Shown piece by piece: positions 8,695-18,086 of a DNA stretch of 64,000 nucleotides. The stretch is from contig JAVZJD010000001.1 of NCBI GenBank assembly GCA_038870975.1, positions 70,184 through 134,183 on the forward strand, written 5' to 3'. A model generated the notes under the pieces. The model saw only the letters and a list, made by a program, of their open reading frames with translations. It was not told the origin of the DNA and ran no database searches. Each line of letters begins with the position of its first letter. Within the stretch, counting starts at the first letter, position 1. Both the position numbers and the translations under genes were made by a program. Source of the stretch: Candidatus Bathyarchaeia archaeon (GTDB lineage Archaea > Thermoproteota > CALKCG01 > B24).

Positions 8695-11163
8695 TTAGAC
8701 GACCGTTATCGTCAGTGTTATAGGATCTGCTATGGCTTCACCGGTCACGGCATCTACAACCATTATCTTGGCTGTCCAGGTTCCCTTAGCAGCTCCAGTC
8801 AGGTATGTAGCAGTAGGCGTTATAGACTGGCCTGCTACAAGCGTTACCCTAAGCTCGTATATCGGGTACTGTGGTACGCCTGTTGGGTCTGTAAACGTTA
8901 TCCTTATGATCACGTCTTTACTGACCGCCGCTTTGTTCGTTATAGTTGCAGTTATCTTGACTTCTTCACCACTACTGTAGCTGGGTTTATCGGTCTTGGC
9001 ATCAGTTATCGTAGTAGGCATAACTGGCACTGGTGGAGCATAGGCAACCGTTATGGTTCTAGTGGCTTTAGCCTCGTAGCCCGCAGAGTCTATAGCGTAG
9101 ACGGTTACCTTGTATGTCTTATTCACCTCAAGCGTTAATGAGAAGTTGAAGAATGCCTTACTATCCTCTATACTGACTATCGGAACTGAAACGTTGGCAG
9201 CACCGTTAAGGCTATACTGGAATAGAGATATGACTGTACCTGTCTCGGCTGCAGGTGAAGGCTTAGCCCACCCTGCTATGTAGACGGTTGTAACGTTCTC
9301 AGTCGTAGTGACAGTTGTGTCTTTAGCTGGCTGTGTAATGTTTATTATAGGCTCTAAGGTTGTGACGAGTATCGTGGCTGATGCCGACGCCAACCCGTAC
9401 TGCGTTGTCGAAGCCGTTATAACGTACTTGCCTAAGACCGCTGGAGCAGTCCATCCGACCGTAACGCTAGTATCAAGAGGCCCTATGTCTACAATTTCCT
9501 CTTCAAGTACACCACCAGTAGCAGACAAAGTCACTCTTATGGCCGCTTTGAACGAGTTCTCAGAAACTTCATTATCATACTTATCCGCTAGGTAAACTTT
9601 GATGTCAGCCGTACCCTCAGGCTCAACAGCCTCGGGAGCATCTATACCAAGCTTGTAAATCATACCTGGTGTGGTCTTTATTTCTGCAGATTCTACTTCA
9701 AAAGTAGCCGTTGGATCTGTCGTCACGGGTCTGGATACGATAGCTTTAACCGTCGTCGTTTTATATGCCTCTGTATCTACGTAGAACTTGGTGGTTGCCT
9801 TGCCATCTCCATCTGTCGTCGTAGATACTGGTGAAAATCTACCTGCATAGTCTTCAGCGGTGACCTCAAACCTGACTGGAACGCCCTTCTGAGCAGGAAT
9901 TAGCGTTACAGTGATGGTTGCATACCTTCCAGCTTCAACCTCAGTTGAAACATTGGGAGTTATTGTAGTTGTCATTTCGGTTGCGAATGTCGACGTTCTA
10001 AGCGATTTAGAAGTACCACTGTAAGTTCCAGCATACGTACCTGATGGGACTGAAACCTTGGCAGATATCATTGCATATGTACCATATAGTGGATCAGGCT
10101 CGTATACCACGGGTAATGATTCAGCGGAACCCGCAGGTATTGTTGTAGTAGTGCTTATAAGTGTACCCTTAGTAGCCGTTAATGTCACAGTAGCTGTTAC
10201 TCCCGCCTCCATAGCGACGGGGTTGTCGTATTTATCTGTAACGGAAACCGTAATCTCGAATGAGTCTTCTGTAAGGTAGGATATTGTATAGCCTTCTTCG
10301 TCAAATGGAGTTTTAACAACGACCTTAGTCGGAGCAGCAGGTACAACTGTTAAAGGCTTTATACCAGGTGTCAACTGTGCCCCAACTGATTCTGCATCTA
10401 TAACGGCGTCTGCTTTAAACGTCCAGCTACCAGCCTTTGTAGGCGTATATGTTGCTGAGGCTTTACCATTAGCATCTGTTACAACTTCAGCTATCTTAAC
10501 GTTATCACCATCTGGGTTTACGGCCCAGATGACTAAGGGTAGTCCTTTATCAGCTTTCTCATAACCTTGAGACCATGTTGCAACTTTAATCGTGACTTTG
10601 TCGCCAGCCTTTGCAGGAGCGGTGTACTCAAGCGCCACTACTACCGCATCGGCTAAACCCTCGTAGAGATATACTTTTTTAGTTATGGTGGTGTCGTCTA
10701 CAAACTTAATCGTAACGGTTAATTCATACTTGTCTACGACACCCTCGGTGGCCTCAGCATCCTCAGGATCTATCCCAATTTTTACTTTACCTTTTCCACC
10801 CTCTGGAAGGATGTAGTTGAAGCCAGATGGTAGCACACTCGCCACAGTCCACGGACCAGTACCTATTACGGTGAAATTTGTACCGGATACGAAACCTGGA
10901 CACTCTATGAAGGATATACTTTCAGCCGCCGCCGCTGGCACGTATATCCTAACTTCTTTAATGTCCGGGTTGCCTAATGGGTTCTCAATAGTGATAGTTC
11001 TAATGGGGAGAGTAGGATAGTCTCCAACAACTATGTATGGGTAGTCTAGGGATACTTTCGGCTCTTTAACAGCCGCCAATACTGGGGTCGTTGGTATTGC
11101 GATTAATAGTGGTGCTAGGGCTAATAGGGCTATAAGGGCTAGACTCAACTTCTTGGTTGACAT
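8695..11163 (-). CDS. large secreted Thr/Val-rich beta-sandwich protein, SlaA-like S-layer or surface protein
   Basis: 822 aa with signal peptide (MSTKKLSLALIALLALAPLLIAIPTTPVLAAV) and no C-terminal TM helix. Very T/V/A-rich, typical of archaeal surface (glyco)proteins. Operon partner of the SlaB-like gene. Confidence 0.5.
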   Translation of the reverse strand: MSTKKLSLALIALLALAPLLIAIPTTPVLAAVKEPKVSLDYPYIVVGDYPTLPIRTITIENPLGNPDIKEVRIYVPAAAAESISFIECPGFVSGTNFTVIGTGPWTVASVLPSGFNYILPEGGKGKVKIGIDPEDAEATEGVVDKYELTVTIKFVDDTTITKKVYLYEGLADAVVVALEYTAPAKAGDKVTIKVATWSQGYEKADKGLPLVIWAVNPDGDNVKIAEVVTDANGKASATYTPTKAGSWTFKADAVIDAESVGAQLTPGIKPLTVVPAAPTKVVVKTPFDEEGYTISYLTEDSFEITVSVTDKYDNPVAMEAGVTATVTLTATKGTLISTTTTIPAGSAESLPVVYEPDPLYGTYAMISAKVSVPSGTYAGTYSGTSKSLRTSTFATEMTTTITPNVSTEVEAGRYATITVTLIPAQKGVPVRFEVTAEDYAGRFSPVSTTTDGDGKATTKFYVDTEAYKTTTVKAIVSRPVTTDPTATFEVESAEIKTTPGMIYKLGIDAPEAVEPEGTADIKVYLADKYDNEVSENSFKAAIRVTLSATGGVLEEEIVDIGPLDTSVTVGWTAPAVLGKYVITASTTQYGLASASATILVTTLEPIINITQPAKDTTVTTTENVTTVYIAGWAKPSPAAETGTVISLFQYSLNGAANVSVPIVSIEDSKAFFNFSLTLEVNKTYKVTVYAIDSAGYEAKATRTITVAYAPPVPVMPTTITDAKTDKPSYSSGEEVKITATITNKAAVSKDVIIRITFTDPTGVPQYPIYELRVTLVAGQSITPTATYLTGAAKGTWTAKIMVVDAVTGEAIADPITLTITVV

Positions 11164-11203
11164 GGTAGATCCACCGAAACTTTCGACGTAAGAGGTTACT
11201 TCT

Positions 11204-11232
11204 CAACTGCTTATAAGGTTAACCTATAATCT
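11204..11232 (-). promoter_or_regulatory. candidate BRE/TATA region for the slaA-like/slaB-like operon
   Basis: On the minus strand, TTATAAG and TTATAGG lie about 40-65 nt upstream of the ATG at 11163. Confidence 0.2.
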
Positions 11233-11676
11233 TGTAGACGAAACTTTATACTAAACGCTAAGCCTTTTTAAAAGAAAATATCAAAATATACAAATGTAAA
11301 CAATTGTCAACACAACTCTGCCCAAGAGTTTTTAAAACAACCCATGAAAAACCCAATCTAAGTAGGATTCTACTCTGAGCTACACAGTCTTTAAGAGACA
11401 AACGTAGCCCCTCCCACCTATTAATTCACTGGGGTCTAAGGGGGGAATAGCTCCCCGCATCGAAGGTTTGAAGCTACTTACGACAACTCTATCTATTGTT
11501 AAGCTATGTTTCCCCCATTTCATCAACCTACCTCATAGAAAGCTATGCTCTCTGAGCGGAGGGGTAGATTTTGGAGGAATTTTAGAATTAACGTATTCTA
11601 GTCAAGTCGTTCCATTCCATAAGAAGGGGTGAAAACTCTCAAATTGCTTCAGCCTTAGTGAATAGTGGATTTGAAA

Positions 11677-11815
11677 CTGAAAATTGGCTGAGGCTTTAAG
11701 CTTAACGAACTATGGGCATCGATAGAGAATTTAAGTGTAGCTGGAGGGGGAGGGTTTCAGGCTATAGACTCGAAGAACGCATAAGCGTAGAACTAATACT
11801 GGAGGATGGGAAGCC
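11677..11815. repeat. imperfect direct repeat, copy 1 (about 130 bp; core about 65 bp near-identical to 13788..13915)
   Basis: Shared core …ctggctgaggctttaagcttaacgaactatgggcatcgatagagaatttaagtgtagctggag…, with weaker similarity for about 60 bp beyond it. Confidence 0.7.
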
Positions 11816-11936
11816 AGTGAAAGCAGAAGCAGTAGCAACGATTCTACCGGGAGAAGAGGTTATCATAAGCGACAACCTAACGTCAAACCTAGGAATAGTA
11901 ATACTTGACCCACATAAAGGAGTTGTGGTGTCTTAG
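11712..11936 (+). CDS. small hypothetical protein (74 aa) whose 5' end lies inside repeat copy 1
   Basis: ORF MGIDREFKCSWRG…. Repeat copy 2 encodes only MGIDRGFKRNWRSLRLWT before a stop. Confidence 0.3.
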   Translation: MGIDREFKCSWRGRVSGYRLEERISVELILEDGKPVKAEAVATILPGEEVIISDNLTSNLGIVILDPHKGVVVS

Positions 11937-12367
11937 AGATGAGTTGAATGGAGAGGAAAGAACGACTATACACTCTGAAAAATGGATGTGAAAAATCATT
12001 ACATTGGTATTCACGTAGGAGTCAAATTTGGCGTATAAGTAAGATCCATTCATCAAAAGTCTTCACAGCAAAGCAGTTACGCCGCTTAGAAGAGACAATT
12101 GATACTTGAAGGAGTATTCTGGCTCGTATAATCCCTCTGCAACTTAGAGTCCGGATCCCCGCCTCTCTACGACTTTAACCATACATAGAGGCGTAGGTCA
12201 TGAGTACAACGTTCTTCCTTAACCTTTCAGAGTAATTTTTCTCCAAGCTTCTTCAGCTTGTTTAAAACTATATCGATTGTACTACAGCACTCTAAGATTA
12301 ATCGTTATCTTCAGCTTCGTTCAATGATGGTATTTTAATTATTTTTAGACTTTAGCCGTGGAGGACG

Positions 12368-12829
12368 TTAAAAGTCGATGTTTGTGTTAAGCCATATTCT
12401 CTTAACTTCTTTAACTCTGTCGAAGTCTTCGTCTTCTGTTACTATATTGCTTATTCCAGTCTTCTCCATGGTGGCTAAGTGTACGGCGTCTGATGGTTTT
12501 AAGTTGTATTTTATGAGGTATTTTTCTGTGGGCTTTAAATCCTCCTCTTCGATGGGTATAACTTCTGTGCAAGGCAGAATGATGTCTCTTAAAAAGTTAA
12601 ATGTGACATCGTAAGGAACTCCATACTTTTTCGATATGTATAGTACTTCATCTACGACTAGCATGTTGATGAATAGTTCTTCTCCAAGAAGCTTTTTGAA
12701 AAGTTCTTCCAAAGGCCTCCTCGCTTCGTCGGTCATCACATTTAGATATATTAGAAAGCAGGAGTCTAGGAATATCTTCAACTCACGCCTCCTCGAACTC
12801 CATTTCAAGGTAGGCTTTTTTAAGCTCAC
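12368..12829 (-). CDS. vapC: PIN-domain ribonuclease, VapC-type toxin (true start probably a few codons downstream of the annotated ATG)
   Basis: PIN acidic residues in context: …IFLDSCFLIY… (D), …VVDEV… (E), …SDAVHLATMEKTGISNIVTEDEDFDRV… (D…D). Immediately downstream of an AbrB-family gene. Confidence 0.7.
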   Translation of the reverse strand: MSLKKPTLKWSSRRRELKIFLDSCFLIYLNVMTDEARRPLEELFKKLLGEELFINMLVVDEVLYISKKYGVPYDVTFNFLRDIILPCTEVIPIEEEDLKPTEKYLIKYNLKPSDAVHLATMEKTGISNIVTEDEDFDRVKEVKRIWLNTNIDF

Positions 12830-13049
12830 CTAGCTTTAGACTTAAAGCCCTGATTTCCCTGAGCTTTTCCACGTGCCTTTCAAGCCTATCCATTATCTCA
12901 TCTGGCGACGGTCTTCCCCTTATCAAAAGACCTTCGGGAGCCGGCTCTATTACGACATGCCCTCCCTCCTGTATGCCATATCGATTCCTGAGCATCTTCG
13001 GGATGAATATTTGCCCTTTGTTTCCAACTTTTACTCTAAGTTCAACCAT
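12783..13049 (-). CDS. vapB: AbrB/SpoVT-family antitoxin (VapB-like)
   Basis: 88 aa. N-terminal swapped-hairpin motif …VGNKGQIFIPKMLRNRYGIQEGGHVVIE…. Overlaps the vapC start. Confidence 0.65.
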   Translation of the reverse strand: MVELRVKVGNKGQIFIPKMLRNRYGIQEGGHVVIEPAPEGLLIRGRPSPDEIMDRLERHVEKLREIRALSLKLGELKKAYLEMEFEEA

Positions 13050-13787
13050 AGCTATCCAAAGCTATACTTAACTTAGAAAAATTTAAACTTTGATATATCG
13101 TGATGGGCTCGGAAAACTTCTCTGATGGCGTGAATTTAAGGTATAGTCCCTCTGAACGGGTCTGATGTAAACCATACCGAGGCTCTTAAAACCATGAAAG
13201 ACATAGATGGAGGCACGTATGAAAGCCCTGCAATCGCAGACTTTAGTGGCATGACGCTCTGCAAAGCCGACGAGGCGTCAAATGTGAAGACGTTTGACGA
13301 AGACTTCCAAAAGCTAGAAGGATTCAACATAATTGGAGTCTAAGGCATGAGAAATTATGACGGGTTTCCTCAAAACATAAGCCATCTATACTTGAATCAC
13401 TTTCAATATAACTCCTGGGCTAATACTAGCCATATATTATACGTTTAAACCGACCCGACCTTCTTCAGAAGTGTTTGAAATTTATTTGCTAAATGTATGC
13501 TTTAGTGGAAGCTTGCAATAATCTACTACTCTTACCATGATGCATTCAATTATGAGTCTTTTCCACATCCCTAACGGCATGACCTTCATAGGCATCTTGT
13601 AGTTTACGTTCCTCAATATGATGACAGGTTTTATTTATACAACATCATATTCCATGAAGAGTTTAAGTGCATATGAGTTGACTTTAAAAGTAGAACTAAG
13701 GATAGGGAGAAGTAGAAGCTTCCTAACCATTCCAGCTCTAATAAAGATAGCCTTGAAGCTGAAGAACCTCAACTAGTCATACCGATA

Positions 13788-13915
13788 AAACTGGCTGAAG
13801 CTTTAAGCTTAACGAACTATGGGCATCGATAGAGGATTTAAGCGTAACTGGAGAAGCCTTAGACTATGGACTTGAAGCGTTTATGAACGTAAAACTTCTA
13901 CTGAGGATAGAGAAC
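13788..13915. repeat. imperfect direct repeat, copy 2
   Basis: See copy 1. Carries a truncated duplicate of the first 13 codons of the small ORF. Confidence 0.7.
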
Positions 13916-13998
13916 AAGTGAAAATTTGAAGTTACCATTAAATAATAACTCGACTTCACATAATAAGGTGGTTGTAATTTTTCAGGAGAAAACAATAG

Positions 13999-14880
13999 TT
14001 AGTATCTAAGGAGTAGTTCCTCTGGTCTGTAAAACTCCTCCGTAGCTTTTAAAAGCCATATTCTCGCTTCTTTAGCCTTCTCTATGAGTTCAACCATTGG
14101 TAAGGAGACGTACATCACAAGTATGATGTTCTTCCTAAGCTTCTCAGGATGGTTTTCTCTAAGCTTATTCAGCTTGTTTAAAAGCTCGTCTACAAGCCCA
14201 GCTCCAGCTCTAACAGTAGCTTCTCCGATTACACATACATCGTCTGAAACCCCGTAAACGTTCAACTCCAGGTCTGGAAGAATGAGCGAAGTCAAATCGA
14301 CGTTTATACCGATCTCCTTAAGCCTATGTTTAACCACGGACTTAGCTTCATCTTCAACATCTATTGTGAGCTTCTCTAAAGTCTTCTCAACTCTGCTGAG
14401 CCTAGTGTCCATTCTGCCGATAATGGCGAGCATTTCATTGAAATCTTCCCTGAGCTTGTTAAAATCTTCCCTAAGCCTTACCTGCTCCTCCCTTAGGTTT
14501 TTCTGCTCCTCCCTCAACTTCACCTGTTCCTCCCTTAGGTTTTTCTGCTCCTCCCTGATGGACGCTATTTCTCTCCAAATTTTAGTCTGCTCTTCCCTAA
14601 GCCTTACCTGCTCCTCCCTTAGGTTTTTCTGCTCCTCCCTCAACTTCACCTGTTCCTCCCTTAGGTTTTTCTGCTCCTCCCTGATGGACGCTATTTCTCT
14701 CCAAATTTTAGTCTGCTCTTCCCTAAGCCTTACCTGCTCCTCCCTTAGGTTTTTCTGCTCCTCCGCTATTGCGTCAAGCCTTTTGAGAACTTCAGATAGG
14801 CCTAAGTACCCCGCCACGGCATAGCGGAACTCTAAATCCTTATCTAAAAGCTCTAAAATCTCACGTTTTAAAGACTCCAT
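13999..14880 (-). CDS. coiled-coil protein with internal 42-aa perfect repeats and a C-terminal globular domain of unknown function
   Basis: EEQ-rich heptads. Contains exact 42-aa repeats EQKNLREEQVRLREEQTKIWREIASIREEQKNLREEQVKLRE. C-terminal about 110 aa (…NVYGVSDDVCVIGEATVRAGAGLVDEL…KNIILVMYVSL…) is non-coiled. Confidence 0.6.
   Translation of the reverse strand: MESLKREILELLDKDLEFRYAVAGYLGLSEVLKRLDAIAEEQKNLREEQVRLREEQTKIWREIASIREEQKNLREEQVKLREEQKNLREEQVRLREEQTKIWREIASIREEQKNLREEQVKLREEQKNLREEQVRLREDFNKLREDFNEMLAIIGRMDTRLSRVEKTLEKLTIDVEDEAKSVVKHRLKEIGINVDLTSLILPDLELNVYGVSDDVCVIGEATVRAGAGLVDELLNKLNKLRENHPEKLRKNIILVMYVSLPMVELIEKAKEARIWLLKATEEFYRPEELLLRY
14466..14765. repeat. perfect tandem repeat, 126-bp unit x 2.4 copies, inside the coiled-coil gene
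   Basis: Unit boundaries at 14466, 14592 and 14718. Copies are identical. The third copy diverges after about 47 bp. Confidence 0.9.
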
Positions 14881-15059
14881 AGATGTCAGTTAAAGTCTAC
14901 AGAAGACTCATATTTAAACTATGAGCTAAACGGTTTAACTCAAGTTGAATGTAAGATGGTTTAGCTTATGGTATGCGATTTAAACACCGCCAGTATGTTG
15001 GGTGTCCCTAGAGGCCTTCGCAGTGTATCTACGTTAAAAATGATTCACTAGTATCCGCT

Positions 15060-15398
15060 CTAAACAACCATAGTGTCTTTCCCAGTAGGGGGCTTAATCT
15101 GTTTAAGCTTCTCTACGACCTCTGGATGCTTCTTCTCAAGCTCTTTCAAAGACTTATCTATCAGCCTATTCAACTCGTCCATGTTTTTAGCCCTCTCAAA
15201 CATCTTAATAGACTTATCCATCCAATCTATAAGGATTTTATGCTGTTTCAACTCCTCCTCAAGTCTTTTCATCTCCTCCTTAGCCCTATTATACCTCTCT
15301 ACTAACTCGTTTAAATTCTTCTTGAGAAGCGAAATATATGCTTTTATAGTCTCATCCTCTTCACCCATCGCGCGCTCAGCCTTATTGATATATGTCAA
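15060..15398 (-). CDS. small coiled-coil protein (112 aa), possibly prefoldin-like
   Basis: Entirely heptad-like and charged (…EELKQHKILIDWMDKSIKMFERAKNMDELNRLIDKSLKELEKK…). Downstream of the repeat-containing coiled-coil gene. Confidence 0.4.
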   Translation of the reverse strand: MTYINKAERAMGEEDETIKAYISLLKKNLNELVERYNRAKEEMKRLEEELKQHKILIDWMDKSIKMFERAKNMDELNRLIDKSLKELEKKHPEVVEKLKQIKPPTGKDTMVV

Positions 15399-15518
15399 AT
15401 CGAACGTTTAACCTTATCTGAAGACTTCAAATTTCAAGGTTTGACTATCTACGTAATGGAGGGGGTCGGTCATTAAGCTTTTATTTGGAAGACGTCTACT
15501 ATTAATGGGCTTTTAACC

Positions 15519-18086
15519 TTGTCCCACATAGCTAAGAGGACTTTAGAGGCTTCAATCGTAATTCTCTTAGTAATGCTTACAACATATGCTTACGTCGTCA
15601 TCCTAGGCGGTTTACCGTACGACCTGCTGATGGATGCATATGGACTTTTAAAACGCAACTTTGAACTGGTAAACTACTGCTGGATTTCAGAAGGGCTTGG
15701 TAGAGCAAACGATAGACTAGCTTTTACGACGTCATACATTCTTCTAGCTCTTCTAAACTCTCTAGGAGTCGATTTGAGCTCAGCCTGCTTAATTTTCCTA
15801 CTCCTCTTATGGGTTTTAGGCGGAGGCTCTATGTATCTACTGGTTAAAAGGTTTTCGAGAAGTCGATTAACCGGTTTAACAGCCATGTTTATATACCTTG
15901 GAGCAGCTACAGCTTTAAGAGGTCTATGGCGAAGCTTAGACGCCTCAGCTTTATATGTTTTAATGCCTCTTGTCCTTTTAACGGTAGATGAAGCGCATAA
16001 GAGGAGAGACCCCCTTTATGGATTCTACACGGCTTTAACATGTACTCTATTTTCAGGAGCATTAGCTAAACTCGGCAACCTAGCCGTTTTAATCCTGACA
16101 ATCTTAGCGTACTTTACCGTTAAAACGTACGGAGAAGATGTAAAGTTGAAGACGGTTATGCTTTTTTTGACGACGGCTGGATTCTCATGGCTCATGATGA
16201 ACATCTGGTGGATAGCTATACCTCCAAGCTTAAACGTTGAAAGCTTTAATCCGATATGTTTAATAGCCTTTCCCGTATCCGCTTTAACGCTTCTACTAGC
16301 ATCTAGAGTAGACAAAATGGATATGATACAAGCTTTAGCGATAATCTCCCCAGCTTTAGTTTTAATGGATCCACGTGAAGTTGTTTCGTTAAACGTCTCT
16401 CCTGAGGTTTTAGTCATAATCTCAGTAGATGCCACGATTCTAGTGGCTTTAGGTCTTAAAAGATTCTCAGAGGTTTTTAGCAACTATATATCCATATCGC
16501 TCGTCCTAGAGGGGGATGGTGTTAGAGAATACGACCTTGTAAAACCCGTTGTTTTTCTAATAGCTTCAGGTGTAATCCTCTACCAAGGTTTAACCATTCC
16601 ACCACTATGGACCAGCAGTTTAAACATACCTGAGTACTATGGAGAGTTAGCACATCTACTCCCACCCGGAGACTATAGGATTCTAACGATGCCAGTTACA
16701 TGGGGGGAAGTCTTCTATTATTGGAGTGATAGGAAGTATGAGAAGCCAGTCGAAAGCCTAGTACTAGATAAATCAACAGTCTACGGCCGTGAATTCACTG
16801 TTCTCAACGATTTAACCCGAAAAGCAGGGTTCTGGAGGATTCTATCCACTTTAAACGTTAAATTCATACTGCTCCATTACGATGTCAGCCAAGATGATCT
16901 TCAAAACGTAGATCCAAGGCTTATAGAGACGAGGCTTAACTACAGCTTCATAGTGGAGCCGAGCTTAGCCAATGGAATTGTCAATGTAGCATCTGAAGCT
17001 GTTAAACCTATTACGAGGGATTTAGGATTCGTCCAGCTCATCAACTTCAACCCAGAGACATATCATTACATTGAAGCCAGATGCGTAGAGGAAGAGGAAG
17101 CACAGTCTGAAATCCATCTATTTGCATATGGAGAAGCCTGTGCGAGCGAAGAGCCGAACTTGAATCAAACCTTCAGCTTTGCATACATTCTTCCAAGAGC
17201 GATGAACTGGCTTGACTACAACTACTTAGAGTTTTGGATTAAGATAAACAGTTCAGACACGATCACGATTCAAGTTCAAGACGTCTTCGGCCATTGGGCT
17301 CTATGGCGGTTAAACCTGAAAGAGCGGGATTGGAACCTCGCAATCATATGGTTGAATGACGCGGATTTAGACGTAGGTCTAGATAGGTCGAAAGTAGCTG
17401 CTATTGTTTTCTCAGTGCATTCCAAGATAGGTAGAATCGTAGAAGTTGAAGTTGGCGGTATTTTCTTAGACGAGGGGGTTGTATTGGGCGCTAAGCCTAT
17501 AGAACTATTTGGAAAGTTTAACCATCAGCTTACAGTGTATAGGCTTCTGGATGGGTTTGAAACACCGAATGTTTACGCGGTTGAAGAAGTTTTGAAGAGC
17601 GAAGGGGATATTTTTGAAAACATTCTGAAGGATGAATTTGACCCTAGGAGCAAAGCCTACGTAGATGGTGAAATTCTACAGGTCTCCCACGCCGAATTAG
17701 AATACGTAAAGCTGGAGCCTACGAAATATAGAGTTACAGTTCACAATTTCCAAGATAGGTTTCTAATAGTTCTAAGTGAAAAGTTCGACCCAGGGTGGGC
17801 TCTGTATGTCGGTGAACCATATTTGATGAACATGTTGATCGAAGCAAAGCATCAAAATGTAAAACACGTGAAAGTTAACGGTTTCTTAAACGGATGGTAT
17901 ATTGAAGCTGAAGAAGTTAAACCCCTCACATTAACCATAGTATACAGACCTCAGCTTCAGTTAGAAGTGCTTAGAATAGTCTCCACGGTGTTCATGATTC
18001 TAAGCATCACTATTATTCTACTTAGAAAGAAGACTGTCAGTGTGCTAAAGCATATAAAGACATATGGTAGAGAAACTGATAGATAG
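15519..18086 (+). CDS. GT-C-like polytopic membrane protein with large extracytoplasmic domain and C-terminal TM (YfhO/oligosaccharyltransferase-like architecture)
   Basis: About 12 N-terminal TM helices, then a roughly 450-aa soluble domain, then a terminal TM helix (…IVSTVFMILSITIILL…). No WWDYG motif. Overlaps a sugar-1-P nucleotidyltransferase gene. Confidence 0.45.
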   Translation: MSHIAKRTLEASIVILLVMLTTYAYVVILGGLPYDLLMDAYGLLKRNFELVNYCWISEGLGRANDRLAFTTSYILLALLNSLGVDLSSACLIFLLLLWVLGGGSMYLLVKRFSRSRLTGLTAMFIYLGAATALRGLWRSLDASALYVLMPLVLLTVDEAHKRRDPLYGFYTALTCTLFSGALAKLGNLAVLILTILAYFTVKTYGEDVKLKTVMLFLTTAGFSWLMMNIWWIAIPPSLNVESFNPICLIAFPVSALTLLLASRVDKMDMIQALAIISPALVLMDPREVVSLNVSPEVLVIISVDATILVALGLKRFSEVFSNYISISLVLEGDGVREYDLVKPVVFLIASGVILYQGLTIPPLWTSSLNIPEYYGELAHLLPPGDYRILTMPVTWGEVFYYWSDRKYEKPVESLVLDKSTVYGREFTVLNDLTRKAGFWRILSTLNVKFILLHYDVSQDDLQNVDPRLIETRLNYSFIVEPSLANGIVNVASEAVKPITRDLGFVQLINFNPETYHYIEARCVEEEEAQSEIHLFAYGEACASEEPNLNQTFSFAYILPRAMNWLDYNYLEFWIKINSSDTITIQVQDVFGHWALWRLNLKERDWNLAIIWLNDADLDVGLDRSKVAAIVFSVHSKIGRIVEVEVGGIFLDEGVVLGAKPIELFGKFNHQLTVYRLLDGFETPNVYAVEEVLKSEGDIFENILKDEFDPRSKAYVDGEILQVSHAELEYVKLEPTKYRVTVHNFQDRFLIVLSEKFDPGWALYVGEPYLMNMLIEAKHQNVKHVKVNGFLNGWYIEAEEVKPLTLTIVYRPQLQLEVLRIVSTVFMILSITIILLRKKTVSVLKHIKTYGRETDR

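Noticed and set aside
8578-9138. 186-aa plus-strand ORF (Cys/Tyr/Arg-rich)
   Set aside because: It is antisense to the 3' end of the SlaA-like gene and the 5' end of the SlaB-like gene. Biased composition, no motif.
11390-11460. Short GC-rich hairpin (GGGGAatagcTCCCC) in the long intergenic region upstream of the slaA-like gene
   Set aside because: An isolated 5-bp stem is too little to call an sRNA or terminator. Noted only as a possible transcript feature.
14466-14765. Possible CRISPR array (regularly spaced identical repeats)
   Set aside because: The unit is 126 bp and contiguous with no spacers. The repeats are in-frame inside a coiled-coil gene. No cas genes.
14282-14824. 180-aa plus-strand ORF, Ser/Leu-rich and repetitive
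   Set aside because: It is antisense to the coiled-coil gene, and its repetitiveness is a mirror image of the 126-bp tandem repeat. Low-complexity translation, no start context.
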